A stretch of DNA of 64,000 nt from Gemmatimonadales bacterium (GTDB lineage Bacteria; Gemmatimonadota; Gemmatimonadetes; Gemmatimonadales; JACORV01): assembly GCA_035502185.1 (NCBI GenBank), contig DATJUT010000011.1, positions 17,228 through 81,227 on the forward strand. Reading direction: 5' to 3'. Shown here one piece after another: positions 52,252 to 62,814 of this stretch. The notes beneath the pieces were generated by a model. It did no database searches. It was given only the letters and a program-made list of their open reading frames with translations, and was not told the origin of the DNA. Every line of letters begins with the position of its first letter. The first letter of the stretch is position 1. The translations under genes and the position numbers were made by a program.

Positions 52252-52279
52252 TTGACGCGGGCGCGCCCGCATGTAGTCT
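52252..52279 (+). promoter_or_regulatory. Candidate sigma-70-like promoter for the symporter gene (TTGACG, 16 nt, TAGTCT)
   Basis: TTGACG lies at 52252-52257 and TAGTCT at 52274-52279, in the 130-bp divergent gap. The match is by eye only. Confidence 0.3.
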
Positions 52280-52315
52280 CAAGGAGCTTTTCTCCCTCGC
52301 GCCCAAGGGGACGGC

Positions 52316-54079
52316 ATGCAAGCGCTCGACTGGCTGGTGGTGCTGGCCTACTTCATGGTGATCCTCGGCCTCGCCTGGTGGGTGTTCAAGCGCGGCAAGG
52401 ACACGGCCGACGACTACTTCCTGGCGAACCGCAACCTGGGCTGGTTCATCGTCGGGGCCTCGATCTTCGCCTCCAACATCGGCTCGGAGCACCTGGTGGG
52501 GCTCGCCGGCTCGGGCGCCACCAGCGGCGTGGCCCTGGCCCACTACGAGCTGCACGCCTGGGCGATCCTGGTCCTCGGCTGGCTGTTCGTCCCCTTCTAC
52601 ATGCGCTCCCGCGTGTTCACGATGCCCGAGTTCCTGGAGCGGCGCTTCTCGCCCTCCTCGCGGGTCATCCTCTCGATCACGTCGCTGCTGACGCACGTGC
52701 TCACCAAGTTCGCGGTCAGCATCTTCGCCGGCGGCGTGGTGTTCCGCGCCCTGCTGCCGGAGCTGCACGTCACCCTCCTCGGGCACGACTGGAACGCGTT
52801 CTGGATCGGGTCGGTGCTGATCGTGCTCCTCACCGGCGTCTACACGGTGCTGGGCGGGATGCGGGCGGTGGCGTACACCGAGGCCATGCAGACCTTCGTG
52901 CTGGTCTTCGGCTCCGCCCTGCTGACGATCTTCGGGCTGATCAAGATCGGCGGCTGGCACGCGTTCCGCTCGGCTCTCGATCCCGACCTGTTCAACCTGT
53001 GGAAGCCGCTGATCCCGCACGGCCTGGCGTCCACCTGGGCGCCGGTCAAGGAAGCGGGCCGGCAGGCCTGGTACTTCAACACCAACTACCCGTGGCTGGG
53101 GATGCTGTTCTGCGCCCCCATCATCGGGCTGTGGTACTGGTGCACCGACCAGTACATCGTGCAGCGGGCCCTCGGCGCGCCCGACGAGAAGACCGCGCGC
53201 CGCGGCTCCATCTTCGCCAGCTACATCAAGCTGCTGCCGGTGTTCATCTTCATCATCCCCGGGATGATCTCGTTCGCGCTCGCCAGGTCCGGCAAGATCG
53301 CGGCGCTCGCCACGATGGTCGGGCCCGACGGGAAGGCGATCCCGATGATCGCCCAGTCCGCCTACCCGATGCTGGTGATGTCGGTCCTGCCGGTCGGCAT
53401 CCGCGGGATCGTCGTGGCGGGCCTCATCGCCGCACTGATGAGCTCGATGGCCGGCGCGTTCAACGCGTCGAGCACCCTGTTCACGATGGACCTCTACCAG
53501 AAGCTCCGGCCCAACTCCTCCCAGCACGAGCTGGTCTGGATGGGCCGCGTCGCCACGGCGGTGATGGTGCTGGTGGCCCTGCTGTGGATCCCGGTGATCG
53601 AGGGCGCGCGCGGACTGTACGAGTACCTCCAGAGCGTGCAGGGCTACCTCGCGCCGCCCATCTTCACCGTGTTCTTCTTCGGCATCTTCAACAAGCGCCT
53701 CAACACCAAGGGGTGCATCTCGGCGCTGGTGGTGGGATTCCTGCTCGGCACGTTCCGGCTGCTCGTGGACACGCCGGTCGCGCTGCACCTCGCCGGCTAC
53801 GAGAACGGCTACACCCAGGGCTCGTTCCTGTGGGTGGTGAACAACATCTACTTCCAGTACTACAGCCTGCTCGTGTTCGTGGTGTCGGTCGTGGTGATGG
53901 TCGGGGTGAGCTACTCGACCGCCGCGCCGGCCACCGAGCGGCTCACCGGCCTGACCTTCGCCACGATCACCGACGAGCACCGGCAGGAGTCCCGCTCCAG
54001 CTGGGACTGGCGCGACGTGTTCGCATCGGCGCTGGTGGTGGTGCTGATCGTGTGCGTGTACCTGTACTTCCGGGGCTGA
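52316..54079 (+). CDS. Sodium:solute symporter family sugar transporter (SGLT-like)
   Basis: Tracked 587-aa ORF. It contains DYFLANRNLGWFIVGASIFASNIGSEHLVGLAG and RRGSIFASYIKLLP, and is hydrophobic throughout (about 13-14 TM). Confidence 0.9.
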   Translation: MQALDWLVVLAYFMVILGLAWWVFKRGKDTADDYFLANRNLGWFIVGASIFASNIGSEHLVGLAGSGATSGVALAHYELHAWAILVLGWLFVPFYMRSRVFTMPEFLERRFSPSSRVILSITSLLTHVLTKFAVSIFAGGVVFRALLPELHVTLLGHDWNAFWIGSVLIVLLTGVYTVLGGMRAVAYTEAMQTFVLVFGSALLTIFGLIKIGGWHAFRSALDPDLFNLWKPLIPHGLASTWAPVKEAGRQAWYFNTNYPWLGMLFCAPIIGLWYWCTDQYIVQRALGAPDEKTARRGSIFASYIKLLPVFIFIIPGMISFALARSGKIAALATMVGPDGKAIPMIAQSAYPMLVMSVLPVGIRGIVVAGLIAALMSSMAGAFNASSTLFTMDLYQKLRPNSSQHELVWMGRVATAVMVLVALLWIPVIEGARGLYEYLQSVQGYLAPPIFTVFFFGIFNKRLNTKGCISALVVGFLLGTFRLLVDTPVALHLAGYENGYTQGSFLWVVNNIYFQYYSLLVFVVSVVVMVGVSYSTAAPATERLTGLTFATITDEHRQESRSSWDWRDVFASALVVVLIVCVYLYFRG

Positions 54080-54091
54080 CGCGAGCCGGCG

Positions 54092-56566
54092 CTATTCGCG
54101 CAGCACCTCGACCGGGCTGACCCGGGCGGCCCGCAGCCCGGGCACCCAGCAGGCCACCAGCGCCAGCGCCACGAGCACGGCCGCCGCGGCGACCACGGTC
54201 GCGGGGTCCATCGCGCCGACGCCGAACAGGAGCGACCGGAGCCACCGGCCCTCGAGCAGCGAGAGCCCCAGGCCGATCGCCGTCCCCGCCGCGACGTAGG
54301 CCATCCCGCGCCCCACGACGAGCCGGGTCAGCGACGCCGGCGCCGCGCCCAGCGCGAGCCGGACGCCAATCTCCCGGCGGCGCTGCCGGACCACGTACGA
54401 CATCAGCCCGAAGATGCCGAGCGCGGCGAGGAGTGCGGCCGCCGCCGCGAAGCCGCCCAGCACGCCCGTCCAGCGCTTCGGCTCGGCGAGCGACGCCTCG
54501 AGGCGGCCCCGGAGCGTCGTTTCGGTCACCGGCAGCTCGGGGTCGAGGGCGCCGACCGACTCCCGCAGGGTCCGGAAGATCGTGCCCGGCCGCGCCGCCG
54601 TGCGGACCACGAGGTCCACGGCCCGGCCGTTGCTCTGCGTCAGGGGATCGTAGACCGCCTCGCCGGAGCCCGCCATCCCGGCGTACTTCACGTCGCCCAC
54701 GACGCCGACGATCGTGGTGCGTGGACAGGCGTAGCAGCCTCCCGAGACCAGCTGCTTGCCGACCGCGGACTCGCGTGGATAGTAGTGCTCGGCCCACGAC
54801 CGGCTCACGACGACGACCGGAGGCGCGCTCCCGGAGTCGCCGTCCGTGAACAGCCGGCCGTCGAGCAACGGCACGCCCAGCGTCCGGAAGTAGCTCGCGG
54901 TCGCCGCCATCCACGGGGCCACCGGCTCGGCCACCCCCGCCGGCACCGGCCGATCCACCAGGTTGAAGTTGTTGGTTCCGCCCCCGTTGTCCGGAGGCAG
55001 CGCGTCCGTGAGCCCCACGGCCTCGACGCCCGGCACCCGGGCCGCCTGCTGCTCCAGCCTGCGGAAGAAGGCCTGTGCGCCGGCGTAGTCCGGGTAGCGC
55101 GCCGCGGGCAGGGCCACGCCGACGCCCAGCAGGCCGGCCGGATCGAAGCCCGGATTCACGCGCTCGAGCCGCAGGAAGCTGTTGAGCAGCAGCCCCGCCC
55201 CCAGCAGCAGCGGCAGGGCGAGCGCGAACTCGGCGGCCACCAGCGCCCCGCGCATCAGGTTGGTCGGCCGGCTCGTGCCCGACCGCACGCTCTGGGCCGG
55301 GGCCGCGCCCGCGACGCCGCCGCCGACCACCGCGAGCACCGGCGGGATGGTCACCAGCGCGCCGCTCACCAGCGTCGCGATCGCGATCAGGGCGACCAGA
55401 CGCGTGTCGAACGCGACCTCGGCGAGCAAGGGGAGGTTCGGCGCCACCGCGCCGACGCCGCGCAGGGCCGCGGCGGCTACGCCCAGCCCCACGAGGGCGG
55501 ACAGCGCCGCGAGCAGCGCGCCCTCGGTGGCCACCAGGCGGGCCAGGCGACGGCGCGACGCGCCGAGCGCGGCGCGGACCCACAGCTCCTGCCGGCGCGC
55601 CGTCGCCCGCACCAGCAGCAGCGTGGCCACGTTGGCCACCGCCGCCAGCAACACCAGCGTCACGGCCAGTGCCACCAGCGTCACCGGCTGGTCAGCCTTG
55701 CCGACGATGGCCTCGCGCAGCGGGACCGGCGTGAGCTGCGCCGTGCTGTCGTGCCAGTCCCCGTACAGCGGCAGCATCCGGCGGCTGATGGCCGCCAGGT
55801 CGCGCCGCGCGTCCTCCCGCGTGAGGCCCGCGCGCAGCCGGGCGACGCCGCGCAGCCAGAACGGCCCGCGCCGCGTCGGCGGCCGCGGCTGAAGCGCCGG
55901 CCAGGCCGCGGCCGGGACGCCCGCCAGCTCGTCCACGCCCGGGGGCAGGACGCCGATCACCGCGTGGCTGACGCCGTCGATGCTCACGGCGCGACCGATC
56001 GCGGCGGACCCGCCACCGAATGCACGGTCCGCGAACCGGTGCGAGACGACCACGACGGCCGGCGCCCCGGGCGTCTCGTCGCGCGCCGCGAGGAGCCGGC
56101 CGACCTCCGGCCGCACGCCGAGCGCCGCGAAGAACCCCGCCGTGGCGCGACCGACCTTGATCCGCTCGGGAGCGCCCGCGCCCGACAGGGCCGCGTCGCC
56201 CCGCTGCACCACGCCGAACGCGTCGAAGCTCCGCTGCTGGTCACCGATCGCCCGGTAGTCCGCCGTGGACAGCGCCCAGACGTTGGTCGGCGAGTTCCGC
56301 TCGACGATCTGCACCAGCCGAGCGGCGTCCGGATACGGCAGGTCGGACAGCAACAGGGCGTCCGCGACCCGGTACACCGAGGCGCTGGCGCCGATCCCCA
56401 GCCCGAGCACGGCGACGACCGCCGCCGCGAACCCGGGATTGCGACGCAGGGCGCGCAACGCGAAGCGCAGGTCGGCCGCCACCTCCTCGAGCCGGCCACC
56501 GGCTCGGGCGCCGCGCCAGCGCTCCCCGCTGCCGCCGTGAGGGTGCGGAACACGCGCGCGCGTCAT
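54092..56566 (-). CDS. Duplicated FtsX/MacB-type ABC permease (ADOP family-like)
   Basis: Tracked ORF 54092..56662, started at MTRARV (ATG 56566). It contains DLRFALRALRRNPGFAAAVVAVLGLGIGASA and two FtsX-like C-terminal blocks (..RRRELWVRAALGA.. and ..RRREIGVRLALGA..). Confidence 0.85.
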   Translation of the reverse strand: MTRARVPHPHGGSGERWRGARAGGRLEEVAADLRFALRALRRNPGFAAAVVAVLGLGIGASASVYRVADALLLSDLPYPDAARLVQIVERNSPTNVWALSTADYRAIGDQQRSFDAFGVVQRGDAALSGAGAPERIKVGRATAGFFAALGVRPEVGRLLAARDETPGAPAVVVVSHRFADRAFGGGSAAIGRAVSIDGVSHAVIGVLPPGVDELAGVPAAAWPALQPRPPTRRGPFWLRGVARLRAGLTREDARRDLAAISRRMLPLYGDWHDSTAQLTPVPLREAIVGKADQPVTLVALAVTLVLLAAVANVATLLLVRATARRQELWVRAALGASRRRLARLVATEGALLAALSALVGLGVAAAALRGVGAVAPNLPLLAEVAFDTRLVALIAIATLVSGALVTIPPVLAVVGGGVAGAAPAQSVRSGTSRPTNLMRGALVAAEFALALPLLLGAGLLLNSFLRLERVNPGFDPAGLLGVGVALPAARYPDYAGAQAFFRRLEQQAARVPGVEAVGLTDALPPDNGGGTNNFNLVDRPVPAGVAEPVAPWMAATASYFRTLGVPLLDGRLFTDGDSGSAPPVVVVSRSWAEHYYPRESAVGKQLVSGGCYACPRTTIVGVVGDVKYAGMAGSGEAVYDPLTQSNGRAVDLVVRTAARPGTIFRTLRESVGALDPELPVTETTLRGRLEASLAEPKRWTGVLGGFAAAAALLAALGIFGLMSYVVRQRRREIGVRLALGAAPASLTRLVVGRGMAYVAAGTAIGLGLSLLEGRWLRSLLFGVGAMDPATVVAAAAVLVALALVACWVPGLRAARVSPVEVLRE

Positions 56567-56768
56567 CGTCGCTCTCCTGCGGCTCGGGGACGGATCACTC
56601 GTGGTTAGACGGGAAGGCGGCCCGGAGGGTTGCACGGCCCGCGTCGATGGGCATGGCGGCAAACGGGTATGGCGGCAGACGGGGAGAACGCTCTACGCCT
56701 TCCGGCCGCCGGGGACCGATCGCGATCCGCATCGGTCCGGCCCGTCCGGCAGCCGCACGGCCCGCTGA

Positions 56769-58112
56769 CTACGCCTCGCTGACCCCGGCCCGGTACTTCT
56801 TCAGCTTGTCGTACAGCGTCCTGAGCCCGATGCCGAGCCGGTCGGCCGCCGCGCGGCGGTTCCCGCCCACCGCTGCCAGCGCGCGCTCGATCGCAGCACG
56901 CTCGATCTCGTCCAGCGTGACCGCCCCGTTGCCGCCCGCGGCGCCCGGGTGCACGCTCTCGCCCAGCTCCAGATGCTCCTCCCGGATCTCGCCGCCGTCG
57001 CCCAGGATGGCCGCCCGCTCGAGCACGTTCGCCAGCTCGCGGACGTTGCCCGGCCACGGGGCGGCGACGATGCGCCGCTGCGCCCCGGCGGACAGCACCA
57101 GGTGCGGCCGGCCGATGGCCGCGCCGCTCCTGGCCAGCAACCGCTCGGCCAGGGGCACGATGTCGCGCGGTCGCTCCCGCAGCGGCGGCAGCCGGACCGG
57201 GAACACCGCGAGACGGTGGTACAGGTCCTCGCGCAGCGTGCCGGCCGCGCGCAGGGCGTCCACGCCGCGGTTGGTCGCGGCCACCCAGCGCACGTCGGCC
57301 TCGATGGTGCGCGTCCCGCCCACCCGCTCGAAGCGGCGGTCCTCGAGCACCCGCAGCAGCTTCGCCTGCACCGCGAGCGGCATCTCCCCGATCTCGTCGA
57401 GGAAGAAGGTGCCGCCGTCCGCGAGCTCGATGCGCCCGCGGCGCGCGCTCACCGCGCCCGTGAAGGCGCCCTTCTCGTGGCCGAACAGCTCGCTCTCGAG
57501 CAGGGTTTCCGGAATGGCGGCGCAGTTCACGGCCACGAACGGACCGCCGGCGCGCGGGCTCCAGGCGTGCAGCGTGCGGGCCGCGACCTCCTTGCCGGTG
57601 CCGCTCTCGCCCATCAGGAGCACCGTGGAGTTGGTGGGCGCGACCTTGCGCAGCGCGTCCACCACCGGCTCCATCGCCGGATCCCCGTAGGAGAGCGGCG
57701 GCAGCTCGGGGGCGTCGCGGGTGGCCCGGTCCCGCGCCGCGAGGAGGGCGCGGTGCTCGAGCGCCCGCCGGGCCAGCAGCCGGAGCTCGGCCGGGCCGCC
57801 GATCGGCTTCTGGAGGTAGTCGAACGCGCCGAGCTTCATCGCCTCGACGGCCGTGTCCACGGTGCCGAAGGCGGTGAGCACGATGACCTCCAGCTCGGGC
57901 TGGTCGGCGCGCATCTGCCTCAGCAACGCCATCCCGTCGAGCCGCGGCATCCGGAGGTCGGTGATGAGCAGGTCGAAGCCCTCGCGCGCCAGGCGGCCCG
58001 CGGCCTCGCCTCCGTCGGCGGCCTGCACGACGGCGTGGCCGTCGTCCTCCAGCGCCTCGGCGATGAAGCCGCGCACGCCCCGCTCGTCGTCCGCCACCAG
58101 GATGCGCGCCAT
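56769..58112 (-). CDS. Sigma-54-dependent response regulator (NtrC family)
   Basis: This is the 3' part of tracked ORF 56769..59408. It has a receiver domain ([10 protein letters not shown]...LLITDLRMP). The AAA+ domain contains [26 protein letters not shown] and [11 protein letters not shown]. The C-terminus has an HTH ([19 protein letters not shown]). Confidence 0.9.
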   Translation of the reverse strand: MARILVADDERGVRGFIAEALEDDGHAVVQAADGGEAAGRLAREGFDLLITDLRMPRLDGMALLRQMRADQPELEVIVLTAFGTVDTAVEAMKLGAFDYLQKPIGGPAELRLLARRALEHRALLAARDRATRDAPELPPLSYGDPAMEPVVDALRKVAPTNSTVLLMGESGTGKEVAARTLHAWSPRAGGPFVAVNCAAIPETLLESELFGHEKGAFTGAVSARRGRIELADGGTFFLDEIGEMPLAVQAKLLRVLEDRRFERVGGTRTIEADVRWVAATNRGVDALRAAGTLREDLYHRLAVFPVRLPPLRERPRDIVPLAERLLARSGAAIGRPHLVLSAGAQRRIVAAPWPGNVRELANVLERAAILGDGGEIREEHLELGESVHPGAAGGNGAVTLDEIERAAIERALAAVGGNRRAAADRLGIGLRTLYDKLKKYRAGVSEA

Positions 58113-58120
58113 CGGCCGCC

Positions 58121-59413
58121 TCACCCGCCGGGGAGCGTGATGCGGAACACGGCGCCCCCGTCGGGATGGTTGGCGGCGACGATCGTGCCGCCGTGCAGCT
58201 CCACCACCCGCTGCGCCACGGCGAGGCCGAGCCCGGTGCCCGAGACCCGGGTCGTGTAGAAGGGCGAGAAGATCTTCCGCTCGTCGCCCGGCGGGATGCC
58301 CGCTCCGAAGTCGCGCACGGTGAACACCAGGGAACCGTCGCTGCGGCCGGCCGCGACCTCGGGCCGCGTGCCCTCGGGCGTCGCCTGGCGCGCGTTGCGG
58401 AGCACGTTGGTCAGGGCCTGGCGGATCCGCCGCTCGTCGAGCGGCCACTGGTGGGGCGTCCCCTCCGCGCGCACCTCGAAGGCGTCGCGGCCCACCTCGT
58501 CCACGCACGCGGCCAGCAGCGCCGCGGGGTCCGTGGGCCTGAGGTCCATCGGCCCGCTGCGCGCGAAGTCCAGCAGGTCGCTGGTCAGCGCCTCGAGCCG
58601 CCGCGCCTCGGTGACCACCAGGTCCGCCTTGCCGCGGTCCGGGCTGCGGCTGCCGAGGCGCTCGGCCAGGAGCTGCGCGTTCCCCTTGAGCGAGGCGAGC
58701 GGATTGCGGAGCTCGTGCGCGAGCACCGCCGACATCTCGCCGAGCGCACCGAGGCGGCGCTGCTCCTCGAGCCGGTGCTCGATCTGCTCCTGGCGGATCG
58801 AGAGCCGCCAGAATCCCACCGCCGCGGCCAGCAGCGCCGCCGCCATCAGCACGGAGAGCGCGAACGTGCTGGTCGCCTCGCCGGCCAGGCGCTCGGCCAC
58901 CAGCGGCTCGAATTCCATCACGAAGGTGAGGCGTCGCGGCCGCGCGGCCCCCGCCGGCCGGGATCCGCCCGCCGCCTGGCCGGACTCGGGCGGCGGCGGC
59001 GCCAGTCCGGCATACCCCCACAGCCGCACGCGGTCCCCGATCGTCTCCAGGACCGGCGGCCCGGGCGGGCGGCGCACCGGCGAGCGAATCGGCACGGCCG
59101 GCTTGCCCGCCTGCGCGACGGGCGAGCCCGAAGAGTCGAAGAAGGCGAGGTAGCTGAGGCCCGCCGCCTGGTGCTGCCGCAGGATCGTGTCGAGCTGCGC
59201 CGGCTCCGGCGGCTCCGACAGGGCCCGCGCCTGCTGGCGGATGGACTCGAAGAGCACCAGGCTCTGCCCGCGGTTCAAGGTCGTGGCGGCCGCCACCGCC
59301 CGCTGCCGCCCCACCCACGCCGTCGCCACGAGCGCCGCGCCGAGCGCCACCGTGGTGGCGAGCCATCCCCACCGCACCCAGCGGCCGAGCGGCGCCTTCA
59401 TGGGCCACGGCAT
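58121..59413 (-). CDS. Sensor histidine kinase
   Basis: Tracked ORF 58121..59548. The start is taken at ATG 59413 or 59401, before the first TM segment. The H-box is [12 protein letters not shown] and the ATPase part contains [17 protein letters not shown] and GTGLGLAV. Confidence 0.85.
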   Translation of the reverse strand: MPWPMKAPLGRWVRWGWLATTVALGAALVATAWVGRQRAVAAATTLNRGQSLVLFESIRQQARALSEPPEPAQLDTILRQHQAAGLSYLAFFDSSGSPVAQAGKPAVPIRSPVRRPPGPPVLETIGDRVRLWGYAGLAPPPPESGQAAGGSRPAGAARPRRLTFVMEFEPLVAERLAGEATSTFALSVLMAAALLAAAVGFWRLSIRQEQIEHRLEEQRRLGALGEMSAVLAHELRNPLASLKGNAQLLAERLGSRSPDRGKADLVVTEARRLEALTSDLLDFARSGPMDLRPTDPAALLAACVDEVGRDAFEVRAEGTPHQWPLDERRIRQALTNVLRNARQATPEGTRPEVAAGRSDGSLVFTVRDFGAGIPPGDERKIFSPFYTTRVSGTGLGLAVAQRVVELHGGTIVAANHPDGGAVFRITLPGG

Positions 59414-59549
59414 CCGCGCAACGGCAGCGTCCCGGGTCGCATCACCGCGCGAATATATCCGCCCCCCCGGAGCCCGCGAGCCCGCCGCCTCGGGCGCGGG
59501 CGGGGCCGCGGCCGTGGCCGTCGCCGGCGTGCCGCCGCCGTCCGGCATC

Positions 59550-60767
59550 TCACACGCCTCCGGGCGGCGGCGGGCCGCCGTTGCCGCTCGAGCGGGTGCT
59601 CTGGAACGGGCTCGCCGCCCCGGTCGCAGCCGCGGCGCCGTTCGAGCCCGCGCCGGCGATGACGCGCAGCCCCGCGACGACGCCGGTGCCCGAGATCGCC
59701 GTGCTCACGCCGTCGCTCAGGCCGGTGCGCACCGTGAGGATGCCGGGCCGCCCGCCGGCGTCGAGGACCCACAGCCGGGCCATCGAGTCCGACAGGCCCG
59801 CGGACGCCGCCGCGAGCGGCTCCGGATGCGCCGCCCGCCACTCCGCGACCAGCGCGGCGGGGGCCTGGAAGCGCAGCGCCGCGTTCGAGACCTTCAGCAC
59901 GTCCGTCACCCTGGCCACCTCGAAGGCGACCGTCGCCGTCATCCCTGGCAGGAGCGCGAGATCGGGATTGGCGACCCCCACCACCGCCGTGTAGCTGACC
60001 ACGTTGTTGGACGTCGCGGACTTCAGCCGGACCTGCCGCACCGTGCCGGTGAAGGTCCGGTTCGGGTACGCCTCCACGGTGAAGCTCACCGGCTGCCCGA
60101 CCCGGATCGCGCCGATGTCCGCCTCGTCGACCGACACGAGGATCTGCATCTCCCTGAGGTCGGCGGCGATGAGGAAGAGCTGTGGCGCGGAGAAGCTCGC
60201 CGCCACCGTCTGGCCGACGTCCACGTTCCGCTCGATCACGGTGCCCCCGATGGGGGCGTAGATGTAGACGTAGCTGAGGCTCTGCCGCGCCTTGGCCAGG
60301 CTCACCTCCGCCGAGGTGAGGGCGGCCTGCGCCGCCTCGTTGGCCGCGTGGGCCGTGACGTAGTCGGCGCGCGACATCAGGCCGGCCTCGAAGAGGGGCT
60401 GCGCCTGGTCGAGGGCGAATTGCTTCACGACCGAGTCGGCCCGGGCCTGCCGCACGACCGCCTCCACCTGGCGGACCTCGAGCCAGAGCAAGGTCGAGTC
60501 GAGCCGCGCGATCAGCTCGCCCCGGCTCACGCGGGAGTTGAAATCCGCCTTGAGCTCGGCGATCTGTCCGGATACCTGCGTGCCCACCTGCACCGTGCTC
60601 ACCGCGCCCAGCGTCCCCGTCGAGCTGACCGTGGCGGCGATGGCGCCGCGCTCCACCGCTACCGTGCGGTACGTCGTCCCGTGCGCGGCCCGGCCGTGCA
60701 GTGCAACGGCGGCGGCCGCGCCGCCGGCGGCGCACGTCATCACCACGACGGAGAGGAACCGTTTCAT
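59550..60767 (-). CDS. Efflux periplasmic adaptor (HlyD/MacA-like), paralog 2
   Basis: Tracked 405-aa ORF. It contains VGTQVSGQIAELKADFNSRVSRGELIARLD, YVYIYAPIGGTVIERNV and LLPGMTATV. Confidence 0.85.
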   Translation of the reverse strand: MKRFLSVVVMTCAAGGAAAAVALHGRAAHGTTYRTVAVERGAIAATVSSTGTLGAVSTVQVGTQVSGQIAELKADFNSRVSRGELIARLDSTLLWLEVRQVEAVVRQARADSVVKQFALDQAQPLFEAGLMSRADYVTAHAANEAAQAALTSAEVSLAKARQSLSYVYIYAPIGGTVIERNVDVGQTVAASFSAPQLFLIAADLREMQILVSVDEADIGAIRVGQPVSFTVEAYPNRTFTGTVRQVRLKSATSNNVVSYTAVVGVANPDLALLPGMTATVAFEVARVTDVLKVSNAALRFQAPAALVAEWRAAHPEPLAAASAGLSDSMARLWVLDAGGRPGILTVRTGLSDGVSTAISGTGVVAGLRVIAGAGSNGAAAATGAASPFQSTRSSGNGGPPPPGGV

Positions 60768-60789
60768 GCCCCTGCGCCCTTCCGCGCCC

Positions 60790-62010
60790 CTACTCGTAGC
60801 GGAGCGCCTGGATCGGATCCAGCGCCGCGGCCTTGCGCGCCGGATAGAAGCCGAAGAAGATGCCGACGGCGGCGGAGAAGCCGAGGGCGACGAACACCAT
60901 CTGCGGCGCGATCGCCGTCTGCCATCCCGTCGCCTTGGAGAGGATCGCGGCGCCCGCGAAGCCGATGCCGACGCCGATCGCCCCCCCGATCAGGCTCATC
61001 ACGATGCTCTCCACCAGGAACTGCGTCAGCACGTCGCCGCCACGCGCCCCGATGGCCATGCGGATCCCGATCTCCCGCGTCCGTTCCGTGACCGACACCA
61101 GCATGATGTTCATGATCCCGATCCCGCCCACGAGCAGCGAGATGCTCGCGATCGCCGCGAGGAGCATCGTCATCACGTTCGTCGTGCCCTGCGCGGCCTC
61201 CGCCAGGTCGTCCTGGTTCCGGACGGTGAAGTCGTTGTCGGCGTAGCTCGGCAGCTTGTGCGAGCCACGCAGGATCTGCGTGATCTCCTGCTCCGCCGCC
61301 GGGAGATCCTCCTTGTTGGCCGTGCTGGCCAGGATCTGCGGGAGGAAGCTGAACCCGCCCGCGAGCCGCGTGTGCACCGTGGTGTACGGCGCGAGGATCA
61401 GGTCGTCCTGGTCCGTGCCCTCCGCCGTCTGCCCCTTCGGCGACAGCACCCCGATCACCTGGAACGGCTCGTTGCGGATGCGGATCTGCGCCCCCACCGC
61501 GTCCTGCCCCGGGAAGAGGTTGTCCGACACCGTCTTGCCGATCACCGCCACCTTGCGGTTGGCCTGCAGATCGCCCTGGTCAAAGAACCGGCCCGACGAG
61601 ACCGTCCAGTCGCGGATGCCCTGGTAGTCGAGCGACACGCCGTCCACCAGCGTCCGCCAGTTGTTGGCGCCGCCGATGATCTGGCTCGGGGCCACCAGGA
61701 CCGGGGAGACGTGCGAGAGCAGCAGCCCCTCCTTCACCAGCGCCGCGTAGTCGTCGAGCGTCAGGCGGCCCGACGTCCCCGCCCCGCCGCTCACCCCACC
61801 CTGCCGGGTCGCCGCCTGCGTGACCACGATCATGTTGGTGCCGAGGTTGTCGATGCGCCGCTGGATCTCCGACTTGGCGCCCTGCCCCACCGCGACCATC
61901 ACGATCACCGCGCCCACGCCGATGATGATGCCCAGCATCGTGAGCAACGTCCGCAGCTTGTTCTTCAGGATGCTCTTGGTGGCGATGTCCACCAGCCGCG
62001 TCGCCTTCAT
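60790..62010 (-). CDS. MacB/FtsX-type ABC transporter permease
   Basis: This is the 3' part of tracked ORF 60790..62118, started at [36 protein letters not shown]. It contains [15 protein letters not shown]. The start follows the ATPase stop by 1 nt. Confidence 0.9.
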   Translation of the reverse strand: MKATRLVDIATKSILKNKLRTLLTMLGIIIGVGAVIVMVAVGQGAKSEIQRRIDNLGTNMIVVTQAATRQGGVSGGAGTSGRLTLDDYAALVKEGLLLSHVSPVLVAPSQIIGGANNWRTLVDGVSLDYQGIRDWTVSSGRFFDQGDLQANRKVAVIGKTVSDNLFPGQDAVGAQIRIRNEPFQVIGVLSPKGQTAEGTDQDDLILAPYTTVHTRLAGGFSFLPQILASTANKEDLPAAEQEITQILRGSHKLPSYADNDFTVRNQDDLAEAAQGTTNVMTMLLAAIASISLLVGGIGIMNIMLVSVTERTREIGIRMAIGARGGDVLTQFLVESIVMSLIGGAIGVGIGFAGAAILSKATGWQTAIAPQMVFVALGFSAAVGIFFGFYPARKAAALDPIQALRYE

Positions 62011-62011
62011 G

Positions 62012-62812
62012 TCAGTCCACCTCTTCCGGCTGCAACTCGCCCAGGTCCGCCGCCGCCACGTGCCGGTCGCTGATGGCCGTGTCGCGGACGACATGCCCGT
62101 CCCGCAGCTCCACCACACGCCGGCAGTACTGCGCGATGTCGTGCTCGTGCGTGACCAGCACGATGGTGATGCCCTGCTGGTTCAGCTCCTGGAACACCGA
62201 GAGCACCTCGACGGAGGTGCGCGTGTCGAGGTTGCCGGTCGGCTCGTCCGCCAGCACGAGGGCCGGCTGCGTGACCAGCGCCCGCGCGATCGCCACCCGC
62301 TGCTGCTGGCCACCCGACAGCTCGCTCGGCTCGTGATGGGTGCGGTCGCCGAGGCCGACGCGTTCCAGCGCCTCGCGCGACATCGCCTTGGTGTCCAGCT
62401 TCTTCCCGCTGCGATCGTACAGCAGCGGCAGCTCGACGTTGTCGAGCGCCGTGGTCCGCGCCAGGAGATTGAAGCCCTGAAACACGAACCCGATCTTCGC
62501 GTTGCGGATGTCGGCGAGCTGGTTCTTGCTCATGCCGTCCACCCGCACGCCGTCGAGCCAGTAGCTGCCCGACGTGGGCTGGTCGAGACAGCCGAGGATG
62601 TTCATCAGCGTGGACTTGCCGGAGCCCGAGGCCCCCATGATGGCGACCATCTCGCCCCGCTCGATCCTGACGTTCACGCCGCGCAGCGCGTGCACTTCGG
62701 TCTTGCCGGTGAAGTACGTCTTCTTGATCGCCTCCACCCGGATGACCGCGGTGTCGGTCGCCGCCGCCTCGACCTTCGGCGCGCCGCGCGAGGGAATCAG
62801 CTGGATCGCCAT
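62012..62812 (-). CDS. ABC transporter ATP-binding protein (MacB/LolD-type)
   Basis: Tracked 266-aa ORF. It contains [37 protein letters not shown]. Confidence 0.9.
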   Translation of the reverse strand: MAIQLIPSRGAPKVEAAATDTAVIRVEAIKKTYFTGKTEVHALRGVNVRIERGEMVAIMGASGSGKSTLMNILGCLDQPTSGSYWLDGVRVDGMSKNQLADIRNAKIGFVFQGFNLLARTTALDNVELPLLYDRSGKKLDTKAMSREALERVGLGDRTHHEPSELSGGQQQRVAIARALVTQPALVLADEPTGNLDTRTSVEVLSVFQELNQQGITIVLVTHEHDIAQYCRRVVELRDGHVVRDTAISDRHVAAADLGELQPEEVD

Positions 62813-62814
62813 GG

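Noticed and set aside
48656-53980. Giant 1774-aa minus-strand ORF
   Set aside because: Only its last 234 codons (48656..49360, AraD) look like protein. The rest is low-complexity Arg/Gly/Pro sequence. It runs out of frame through araB and the isomerase and antisense through the symporter gene, all of which have strong family motifs in their own frames.
56567-56768. Possible sigma-54 promoter (TGGCAC-N5-TTGC) between the NtrC-type regulator and the ADOP permease gene
   Set aside because: I scanned both strands of the 200-bp gap by eye and found no acceptable GG-N10-GC element. The nearest strings (ttgcacggcc, tggcggcaaac) have the wrong spacing.
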